From Parcubacteria group bacterium M10-OD1-1 (GTDB lineage Bacteria > Patescibacteriota > Minisyncoccia > Moranbacterales > UBA2206), in the NCBI GenBank assembly GCA_003056145.1, contig LSNL01000003.1:201993-265992 (forward strand): a DNA stretch of 64,000 nucleotides. Direction: 5' to 3'. A model generated the notes under the pieces. It was given only the letters and a program-made list of their open reading frames with translations. It did no database searches and was not told where the DNA came from. Below, one piece after another: positions 19,072 through 26,790 of this stretch. The number at the start of each line of letters is the position of its first letter. Position 1 is the first letter of the stretch. Both the position numbers and the translations under genes were made by a program.

Positions 19072-21714
19072 ATGTCATTTCTTAATAAATTATTTGGTTC
19101 CAACGAGAGAGAGGTTGTTAAGTTACATCCGACAGTAGAAAAAATAAATTCTTTAAGTCCTGAAATAGAAAAACTTTCAGATCTTGAATTGCAAGGTAAA
19201 ACAGAGGAATTTAGAAAAAGAAGTAAAACGGGAGAAAGTCTAAATGATTTATTGCCAGAAGCTTTTGCTGTGGTTAGAGAAACCGCCAAGAGGGTGATTG
19301 GCGAACGGCATTACGATGTTCAGTTAATGGGAGGTATAGTTCTTCATCAAGGAAAAATTGCTGAGATGAAAACTGGAGAAGGAAAAACCTTAACCTCTAC
19401 TTTGCCAATTTATTTAAACGCTATTTCTCAAAAAGGTGTTCATGTAGTGACAGTTAATGACTATTTAGCAAAACGAGATTGTAACTGGATGGGTTCTATT
19501 CTTCATTTTTTAGGAATTTCCACTGCTTGCATAATTCACGATACTTCTTATATTTATGGTCCGAAAATTATTGATAACGATGAAGTTAGTGTAGAAATGG
19601 AAAATCTAAAACCAGTCAGCCGAAGAGAGGCTTATCAGGCTGATGTTACTTACGGGACTAACAACGAGTTCGGTTTTGATTATTTGAGAGATAATATGGT
19701 GCAAAGCTTAGAGGAAATGACTCAAAGAGAGCCTAACTTTGTAATTATTGATGAGGTAGATTCTATTTTAATTGATGAAGCTAGAACACCGTTAATTATT
19801 TCGGCTCCAGATAATGAATCAACTAAAATGTATCAACAGTTTGCTTCATTAGTTCCAAGATTAAAAAATGGAGAAGACTATGAAGTGGATGAAAAAATGA
19901 AGGCAGTGGCTATTTCTGAAAAGGGAATTTCTAAAATTGAAGCGTGGTTAGGAATAGATAATATTTATGAACAAGGACGGATGAAATATGTTCATCATTT
20001 GGAGCAAGCGTTAAAAGCAGAAGCAATTTTTAAAAAAGATCATGATTATGTGGTGAAGGAGGGAGAAGTAATGATTGTAGATGATTTTACAGGACGATTG
20101 ATGCCTGGTCGTCGTTATAGTGAAGGACTTCATCAAGCGATTGAAGCCAAAGAGGGAGTGATGGTGCAAAAAGAATCTAGAACCTTAGCTACTATTACTT
20201 TTCAGAATTACTTTAGAATGTATGAAAAGATTTCTGGTATGACTGGGACAGCTACTACTTCTGCTGAGGAATTTTTTAGAGTATATAAAATGGAAGTCAT
20301 TGAGATTCCAACTGGGAAAAAACTTATTCGAAAAGATTTGCCGGATATTGTTTATAAATCGGAAAAAGGAAAATTTGATGCGATTGTAAAAAAAATAAAA
20401 GAAGTCCACTTAATAGGACAACCAATTTTAGTAGGAACAATTGCTATTGAAAAATCAGAATATTTAAGTGCTCTATTAAAACGATTTGGCATAGAACATG
20501 AAGTTCTTAACGCCAAGCAACACGAAAAAGAAGCCACGATAATTACGGATGCTGGTAAGAAAAATGCGGTAACCATTGCTACTAATATGGCGGGACGAGG
20601 GACAGATATTAAATTAGGAGAAGGCGTTAAAGAAGTAGGCGGATTGTTCATCTTAGGGACAGAACGACACGAAGCTCGGCGTATTGATAATCAATTAAGA
20701 GGTCGTTCTGGAAGACAAGGTGATCCAGGAGTTTCTCAATTTTATGTTTCTCTAGAGGACGAGCTTATGCGAAGGTTTGGCGGAGATAAATTGATTAAGA
20801 TGATGGATACCTTAAAACTTCCTGAAGACCAGCCAATCCAAAATAGAATTATTTCTAAAACTATTGAAAATGCTCAATCAAAGATTGAAGGATTTAATTT
20901 TGATATCAGAAAGCATGTTTTGGACTATGATGATGTAATGAATAAACAAAGAGAAATTGTTTATAAAACACGAAAAGAAGTTTTAAAAGCTAAAGACACT
21001 AAAAATGAGATTTTAAAATATATCAACGATGAGGTGGATAGGATTATTTCTTTTCATTGTGCAGGAGAAGAAAATAATTGGAATCTTGAAGAAGTCCTTG
21101 AAAATATAAAAAGTATTGTAGCTGTTGATGCAGTAGTTATAAAAAAATTAGAAGCTATTAAAAATGATAAAGTAAAAACTTTAGCTGAAAAAAATGTTGC
21201 TATGGCTGAATATCTAGTAGGTATTATCAAAGAGGCTTATAACAAGAAAGAGCAAGAAGTAGGAATAGAAAATTTAAGAATGATTGAACGATCTATTATC
21301 TTACAGACAATAGATGCAACTTGGATGGATCATTTAGATGAAATTGATTATCTTCGTGAAGGAATTGGTTTGCGTGGCTATGGACAGAGAGACCCTTTGG
21401 TAGAATATAAAAGAGAGGCTTTTATTATGTTTTCTAGTCTTTTGGATAACATTCATTCTACTGTTGTACGGACTATCTTTAAAATTACTATTGCTCCTTC
21501 AGAACCAACAGACGAAACTATTACGGCTAATAATTTAAATTATAGCGGAGGAGAAGACACTCACCAATTTGAAAATACTCAGGCAGAATTAACGGCAGAA
21601 GGTTCAAAAATAGAAGCGCCGAAGCAAGAACCTATTATTAGTAGCAAAGTTGGGAGAAATGATCCTTGTCCTTGTGGTAGCGGGAAAAAATATAAAAAAT
21701 GTCACGGAAAGTAA
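19072..21714 (+). CDS. secA: Preprotein translocase ATPase SecA
   Basis: MKTGEGKT, IIDEVDSILIDEARTPLIIS, RRIDNQLRGRSGRQGDPG, SEC-C GRNDPCPCGSGKKYKKCHG. Confidence 0.99.
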   Translation: MSFLNKLFGSNEREVVKLHPTVEKINSLSPEIEKLSDLELQGKTEEFRKRSKTGESLNDLLPEAFAVVRETAKRVIGERHYDVQLMGGIVLHQGKIAEMKTGEGKTLTSTLPIYLNAISQKGVHVVTVNDYLAKRDCNWMGSILHFLGISTACIIHDTSYIYGPKIIDNDEVSVEMENLKPVSRREAYQADVTYGTNNEFGFDYLRDNMVQSLEEMTQREPNFVIIDEVDSILIDEARTPLIISAPDNESTKMYQQFASLVPRLKNGEDYEVDEKMKAVAISEKGISKIEAWLGIDNIYEQGRMKYVHHLEQALKAEAIFKKDHDYVVKEGEVMIVDDFTGRLMPGRRYSEGLHQAIEAKEGVMVQKESRTLATITFQNYFRMYEKISGMTGTATTSAEEFFRVYKMEVIEIPTGKKLIRKDLPDIVYKSEKGKFDAIVKKIKEVHLIGQPILVGTIAIEKSEYLSALLKRFGIEHEVLNAKQHEKEATIITDAGKKNAVTIATNMAGRGTDIKLGEGVKEVGGLFILGTERHEARRIDNQLRGRSGRQGDPGVSQFYVSLEDELMRRFGGDKLIKMMDTLKLPEDQPIQNRIISKTIENAQSKIEGFNFDIRKHVLDYDDVMNKQREIVYKTRKEVLKAKDTKNEILKYINDEVDRIISFHCAGEENNWNLEEVLENIKSIVAVDAVVIKKLEAIKNDKVKTLAEKNVAMAEYLVGIIKEAYNKKEQEVGIENLRMIERSIILQTIDATWMDHLDEIDYLREGIGLRGYGQRDPLVEYKREAFIMFSSLLDNIHSTVVRTIFKITIAPSEPTDETITANNLNYSGGEDTHQFENTQAELTAEGSKIEAPKQEPIISSKVGRNDPCPCGSGKKYKKCHGK

Positions 21715-21833
21715 GTATATATTTAATTAGTTAGTCAATACTATACTATTACTATAAATTAAAAAAATTCTTGACTGTTAGCTAACTACAGATTAAGCTT
21801 ATAATAGTTATTTAAAATAAAGGAGGTTTGAAA

Positions 21834-21980
21834 ATGGATTGGTTAATGAATAATTTTTTAAGATTTCTTTGGCGCAAGCTTCACAGTTTTGCTCGGCCCA
21901 CTAGTTTGGGTCAACGGGATTACTCCAAGGAAGTAACCTGGAGAAATTATAAGTTAAAAATTAAAAATAATAATCAATAA
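21834..21980 (+). CDS. Small ORF (48 aa) or frameshifted remnant
   Basis: AAGGAGG SD before ATG 21834 and TTGACT-17-TAAGCT promoter at 21771. MDWLMNNFLRFLWRKLHSFARPTSLGQRDYSKEVTWRNYKLKIKNNNQ*. Confidence 0.4.
   Translation: MDWLMNNFLRFLWRKLHSFARPTSLGQRDYSKEVTWRNYKLKIKNNNQ
21897..21960 (+). repeat. 64-bp direct repeat, copy A (copy B at 22509-22572)
   Basis: CCCACTAGTTTGGGTCAACGGGATTACTCCAAGGAAGTAAC... 54/64 identical by hand alignment, 38/41 over the first 41 nt. Confidence 0.9.
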
Positions 21981-22005
21981 AACTAGGCTAAGAAGGAGAT
22001 TGAAA

Positions 22006-22521
22006 ATGAAAAAAGTAGAGTGCAGGAGTATACTTGGAAATACCGTTGTGTTATATTGTTCGGATGAGGCATTGAAGCAGTTTATGATGCCAGATGGAGA
22101 ACCAGCTAAGCGTGGCGACTGCTGGAATAGTAACTGTGGTCCATTGACAATATATGGAACAATGGACAATCGTTTGTATGCAAAATGGGAAGATCCTGTA
22201 GAAGTTGTTGATTCTCTCAATGGAAGTGAGGAGCCATTTTCTGAGGCTGTTCGTAAATATAATCTAACTTTAGTTTCTAAAAATATTAAAGTGGATTGTT
22301 CAGATGAGGCATTGAAGCAGTTTATGATGCCAGATGGAGAACCAGCTAAGCGTGGCGACTGCTGGAATAGCAGCTGTGGTCCATTGACAATATATGGAGC
22401 AATGGACAATCGTTTATATGCAAAATGGGAAAAAGATGCAGAAATTCTGACTCCTCTTAATGGAAAGGATGAACCATTTTTTCTGGCGGTTCTTAGATAT
22501 AAATTTTACCCACTAGTTTGA
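22006..22521 (+). CDS. Hypothetical protein with two tandem ~80-aa domains (possible SH3/KOW-like barrels)
   Basis: AAGGAG SD before ATG 22006. CSDEALKQFMMPDGEPAKRGDCWNSxCGPLTIYGxMDNRLYAKWE occurs twice. Confidence 0.75.
   Translation: MKKVECRSILGNTVVLYCSDEALKQFMMPDGEPAKRGDCWNSNCGPLTIYGTMDNRLYAKWEDPVEVVDSLNGSEEPFSEAVRKYNLTLVSKNIKVDCSDEALKQFMMPDGEPAKRGDCWNSSCGPLTIYGAMDNRLYAKWEKDAEILTPLNGKDEPFFLAVLRYKFYPLV
22055..22431 (+). repeat. Intragenic duplication, 137-bp core, period 240 bp
   Basis: 22055-22191 vs 22295-22431 differ at 5 positions. Confidence 0.95.
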
Positions 22522-22572
22522 GTCAACGGGATTATTCCAAAGAAGTAACTTAGAAAAGTTCTAGGTTTAAAA
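22509..22572 (+). repeat. 64-bp direct repeat, copy B
   Basis: CCCACTAGTTTGAGTCAACGGGATTATTCCAAAGAAGTAAC... Confidence 0.9.
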
Positions 22573-22603
22573 AATAGTAGAGATTTTTGATTTTTTAAAT
22601 CTT

Positions 22604-22641
22604 AAGCTACAAGGAAATTAAATTTCTTTGTAGCTTTTTTT
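22604..22641 (+). terminator. Intrinsic terminator
   Basis: AAGCTACAAGGAAAT/ATTTCTTTGTAGCTT plus T-run. Confidence 0.75.
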
Positions 22642-22766
22642 GTAATTTCAGAACTATTAATAAAAAGAAACTAATACAAAAAAAGAAATATCTTTTGTTT
22701 TATTTAAAATAGGTCAGGCTAAGACTAAAAGTTGCATTTTATGGAGAATGATGTAAAATACAAAAT

Positions 22767-24467
22767 ATGAATTTAAGGAAAAAACTTTTAATAAAATTTT
22801 ATTCAGTTATTTTATTAACCCTTATTGTGGGGGTGATTTCTTATCCTAAAATTATTTCTTTTGCCCCGCCAGCTTATAATCTTTTGAATAAAGTGAAAAT
22901 TCGTTTAGGATTGGATTTGCAAGGAGGTATTCACTTAGAATATAGAGCCGATCTTTCAAAAGTTAGCTTCAATCAAAAGAAAGAAGCTATGCAAGCGTTG
23001 CAGGATGTTATTGAAAGGCGAGTTAATGCTTTTGGCGTGGCTGAACCACTTATTTATACCACTAAATCAGGAGATAAAGAACATCTAGTTGTTGAATTAG
23101 CAGGAGTTAAAGATATAGATAAAGCGAAAGCAATGATTAAAGAAACTCCATTTTTGGAGTTTAAAAAAGAAAAAGCGGATCAAACAGTTCAAAAAATTCC
23201 ACCTAAAATTTTGGAAAAAATTAATGCTGAAAAAGAAAAAAGAGCTGAAAAAATTCTTCAAGAAGCTCTAGCGGGAAAAGATTTTAATCAGTTAGCTAAA
23301 GAAAATAGTCAAGATTCTGAATCTAAAAACAAGGGTGGTGACCTAGGTTTTATCAAAAAAGGCATGCTATTGCCAGCGGTAGAGAAAGTTGCTTTTGACC
23401 CTAATTTTAAAGATGGAACAATTTACCCTAAATTAGTAAAATCTATTTTTGGATGGCATATTATCAAGAAGATTGGTGAGCGGGGTCAAGGAAATTCACG
23501 AGAAGTTCATATTGCTCACATTTTAATTATGCTTGAAATGCAACCTCAGGCACAAACTCAATATGTGCCAACTGGTTTAACAGGGAAAGATTTAAAGAGT
23601 GCTAAGATGGAAATTCCACAACAAGGATTATCTGGTCCAGAGGTATCTTTAGAATTTAATAATCAAGGTACTAAATTATTTGCAGCGCTTACCAAAGATA
23701 ATATTGGTAAACGAGTAGCAATTTATTTAGACGGAAAGTTAGTTAGTGCACCTACTGTTCAAGCTGAAATTACTAATGGAAGGGCGGTTATTTCTGGAAA
23801 TTTTACAATAGCGGGAGCGAAAAAATTAGCTAACAGATTAAACGAAGGTGCTTTACCAGTTCCTATTCACTTAATATCACAACACAGCGTTGATGCTTCT
23901 CTAGGAGCAGAATCTTTTATTAAAAGTATTAAAGCTGGAGCAGTTGGTTTAGGTGTAGTAATAATTTTTATGATTTTCTATTATCGCTTTCTAGGTTTGA
24001 TAGCTTCAATAGCTCTTTTAATTTATACTGCCTTAATGGTTGCAATTTTTAAGCTATCCACCTTAACTCCTTGGTCAATTACTTTTACTCTCTCTGGGAT
24101 TGCGGGTTTTATTTTGTCTATTGGAATGGCTGTAGATGCTAATGTTTTGATATTTGAAAGAACTAAAGAGGAATTAAAGAAAGGGAGAAATGTCCTAGGT
24201 TCTATTGAGGAAGGTTTTAATAGAGCTTGGCCGAGTATTCGGGATGGTAACTATTCTACTATCATTACCTCAATTATTTTAATTGGAGTGGGTACGGGAT
24301 TTGTCAAAGGTTTTGCTATTATTTTAGTTATTGGAGTTTTAGTATCAATGTTTACCGCGATTATTATAGTAAAAACAATTTTAGAATTTACAGTTGGCGA
24401 TTGGTTAGAAAAAAGAGTTTGGCTGATTGCTAGGGTTGAAAATAAAACTAACGAAGAAAATAAATGA
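22767..24467 (+). CDS. secD: Protein translocase subunit SecD with inserted parvulin-type PPIase domain
   Basis: LGLDLQGG, IERRVNAFGVAEP, AIYLDG, GMAVDANVLIFER. Insert contains DFNQLAKENSQD, GGDLGF, FGWHIIK. Confidence 0.95.
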   Translation: MNLRKKLLIKFYSVILLTLIVGVISYPKIISFAPPAYNLLNKVKIRLGLDLQGGIHLEYRADLSKVSFNQKKEAMQALQDVIERRVNAFGVAEPLIYTTKSGDKEHLVVELAGVKDIDKAKAMIKETPFLEFKKEKADQTVQKIPPKILEKINAEKEKRAEKILQEALAGKDFNQLAKENSQDSESKNKGGDLGFIKKGMLLPAVEKVAFDPNFKDGTIYPKLVKSIFGWHIIKKIGERGQGNSREVHIAHILIMLEMQPQAQTQYVPTGLTGKDLKSAKMEIPQQGLSGPEVSLEFNNQGTKLFAALTKDNIGKRVAIYLDGKLVSAPTVQAEITNGRAVISGNFTIAGAKKLANRLNEGALPVPIHLISQHSVDASLGAESFIKSIKAGAVGLGVVIIFMIFYYRFLGLIASIALLIYTALMVAIFKLSTLTPWSITFTLSGIAGFILSIGMAVDANVLIFERTKEELKKGRNVLGSIEEGFNRAWPSIRDGNYSTIITSIILIGVGTGFVKGFAIILVIGVLVSMFTAIIIVKTILEFTVGDWLEKRVWLIARVENKTNEENK

Positions 24468-25372
24468 TCTCAATTATTAATAAAAGAAAATATTTTTATG
24501 TGGCTTCTAGCACTTTAGTGATAGCTAGTTTAGTAGTTTTATCTGTTTGGGGACTTAAATTAGGTATTGATTTTACTGGTGGAACTCAAATGAAAATTAA
24601 ATTTGAAAAGTCTGCTCCAACTAGAACTCAAATTCAAAAAGCGGTTAAAAATTTAAAGTTAGATAGCTTTATTGTTAAACCAGTAGGAGGTCAAGAAATT
24701 ATCTTAAAATATAAAAATTCTAGCGACGCAGTTAATTTAAAAGTTTTTCAGGCGATTAAAAGCATTAAACCTCAAGCTAAACGATTGAGTGTTGATTTTA
24801 TTGGCTCTTCAGTTTCTGATCAATTAAAAACTAATGCTATCAAGGCGATTGTTTTATCGGTATTGGGTATTGCTTTATATATTGCTTGGGCGTTTAGAAA
24901 GATTTCTTATCCAGTTAAATCTTGGAAATATGGCTTAGGAGCAATTATTGCTTTAGCTCATGATATTATTATTACAGTGGGAGCTTTTGTTTTACTTGGT
25001 CATTTCTTTAATATTGAAGTAGGAGTTCCTTTTATTGCGGCTTTACTAACAATTTTAGGTTATAGCGTTAATGATACAATTGTTGTCTATGATCGAACTC
25101 GGGAAAATCTGATGAAATCAAACGGTAAGGAAGATTTTGAAAATATAGTCAATCGCTCGCTTAATGAAACTTTGGCTCGGTCTATTAATACTTCATTTAC
25201 GGTGATTGTAGTTTTAATTGCTATTATCTTTTTCGGTGGAGTAGCGATAAAATATTTTTCTCTAGCTCTTTTAATCGGAGTAGTCTTTGGGACTTATTCT
25301 TCAATCTATGTAGCCTCAGCTTTGATGGTAACTATTTATAAATTTCAAGAAGTACAAAATAATAATAAATAA
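24464..25372 (+). CDS. secF: Protein translocase subunit SecF
   Basis: LGIDFTGG, HDIII, GYSVNDTIVVYDR, GTYSSIYVA. Confidence 0.97.
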   Translation: MISIINKRKYFYVASSTLVIASLVVLSVWGLKLGIDFTGGTQMKIKFEKSAPTRTQIQKAVKNLKLDSFIVKPVGGQEIILKYKNSSDAVNLKVFQAIKSIKPQAKRLSVDFIGSSVSDQLKTNAIKAIVLSVLGIALYIAWAFRKISYPVKSWKYGLGAIIALAHDIIITVGAFVLLGHFFNIEVGVPFIAALLTILGYSVNDTIVVYDRTRENLMKSNGKEDFENIVNRSLNETLARSINTSFTVIVVLIAIIFFGGVAIKYFSLALLIGVVFGTYSSIYVASALMVTIYKFQEVQNNNK

Positions 25373-25386
25373 TAAATAATAAAACT

Positions 25387-25626
25387 ATGTTTAATCCTTT
25401 TAGCAAAAATAAATCAGGAGCTAACGCTGGGAAAATGGGAATGTTACAAAAAATAGCCATGAAAAAATTGGCTAAAATGAGTCCGCAAGAACAGCAAAAG
25501 GTTATGCAAGAAGCTATGAAACCAAAAAATAGAGATAAAATGATAGCAGCAATGGAACAAATGAAAAAATCTGGTCAAATTACTGAAGAACAATATAAAA
25601 TAGCGAAACAAAAAATGGGAATGTAA
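25387..25626 (+). CDS. Small Met/Gln/Lys-rich helical protein
   Basis: 79 aa with 12 Met, directly downstream of secF. Confidence 0.7.
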   Translation: MFNPFSKNKSGANAGKMGMLQKIAMKKLAKMSPQEQQKVMQEAMKPKNRDKMIAAMEQMKKSGQITEEQYKIAKQKMGM

Positions 25627-25717
25627 ATTTGAAAAATAGTGGAATAAAAGGCAAAATAAATTTTTTAAAATTGCCTTTTATTTTGACTTTTTAGGCTTTT
25701 AAAGCTAAAATAAACTT

Positions 25718-26776
25718 ATGAAAAAAGAAAAAATTAAAAATTTAAGTAATCAATTTTTTCAAGAAATTCAAACTGTTCAGTCCGAAGATCAGCTTTTTCA
25801 GTTAGAAAAAAAATATTTAGGACGTAAAAGCGAATTTATTGGATTTTTAAAGAGTTTAAAGAATTTAGCGCCCGAAGAAAGAAAACAATTTGGAAGGTTA
25901 GCTAATGAAATTAAAAAAGAGATTACTCAAAAATTAGAAGAGAAAAAGAAAGAATTAATAGAGAAAAGTTTTGACTTTGAAAAAGAAAGCTTAGATGTTA
26001 CGATGCCTGGAAGAAAAAAGGGAGTTGGTCATTTAAATCCTATTTCAATAGTGCGATATAAAATAGAGGATATTTTTAGTCGAATGGGCTATGAGGTAGC
26101 TGATGGATCAGAAATAGAAACAGAATTTTACAATTTTGATGCTTTAAACATTCCAGCACATCATCCAGCTAGAGATATGCAAGATACTTTTTGGCTTCAA
26201 CAAAAAATTAAAAACCAGCATCCAAAAGTTAAAAGAGAAGAAGAACGTTTGGCAATGCGATCTCAAACTTCAGCGGGACAAGTTAAATATATGGAAAAGC
26301 ATAAGCCACCATTCAGAATTATTGTTCCTGGAAAATGTTTTAGAAATGAAGCAACTGACACTACTCATGAACATACTTTTTATCAATTTGAGGCTTTGGT
26401 AGTGGGAGAGAATATTAATGTGGGTCATCTAAAGTTTACAGCTCAAGAATTTTTTTCTCAATTTTTTAAACAGAAAGTAAAAATTCGTTTAAGACCAAGC
26501 TATTTTCCTTTTACCGAGCCAGGTTTTGAATTTGATATCACTTGTACTGTTTGTCATGGAAAAGGTTGTAGCGCTTGCCAAGGTGGTGGTTGGTTAGAGC
26601 TTGGTGGAGCAGGAATGGTCAATCAAAATGTTTTTGAGGCATCGGGTTATCCAAGAAATAAATACCAAGGTTTTGCTTGGGGGTTTGGAATAGAAAGATT
26701 GGCAATGATGAAATATGGAATTGATGATGTCCGACTTTTTCATTCAGGAGATTTACGATTTATAAAACAGTTTTAA
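25718..26776 (+). CDS. pheS: Phenylalanyl-tRNA synthetase alpha subunit
   Basis: HPARDMQDTF, RPSYFPFTEP, GFAWGFGIERLAM. Confidence 0.98.
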   Translation: MKKEKIKNLSNQFFQEIQTVQSEDQLFQLEKKYLGRKSEFIGFLKSLKNLAPEERKQFGRLANEIKKEITQKLEEKKKELIEKSFDFEKESLDVTMPGRKKGVGHLNPISIVRYKIEDIFSRMGYEVADGSEIETEFYNFDALNIPAHHPARDMQDTFWLQQKIKNQHPKVKREEERLAMRSQTSAGQVKYMEKHKPPFRIIVPGKCFRNEATDTTHEHTFYQFEALVVGENINVGHLKFTAQEFFSQFFKQKVKIRLRPSYFPFTEPGFEFDITCTVCHGKGCSACQGGGWLELGGAGMVNQNVFEASGYPRNKYQGFAWGFGIERLAMMKYGIDDVRLFHSGDLRFIKQF

Positions 26777-26790
26777 ATATTTTAAAGACT

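Noticed and set aside
22055-22431. Diversity-generating retroelement TR/VR pair
   Set aside because: Mismatches are not confined to adenines of one copy (G/A, T/C, A/G, A/G, G/A), both copies lie in one ORF, and no reverse transcriptase is in the window.
22519-22521. TGA recoding (code 4 or 25), suggested by the TGG/TGA correspondence and the TGA at 41612
   Set aside because: Long core genes have no in-frame TGA, and TGA ends secD and other genes at expected positions.
21897-22572. CRISPR array or integron attC sites
   Set aside because: Only two copies 612 bp apart, no cas or integrase gene, and no convincing RYYYAAC...GTTRRRY long palindrome.
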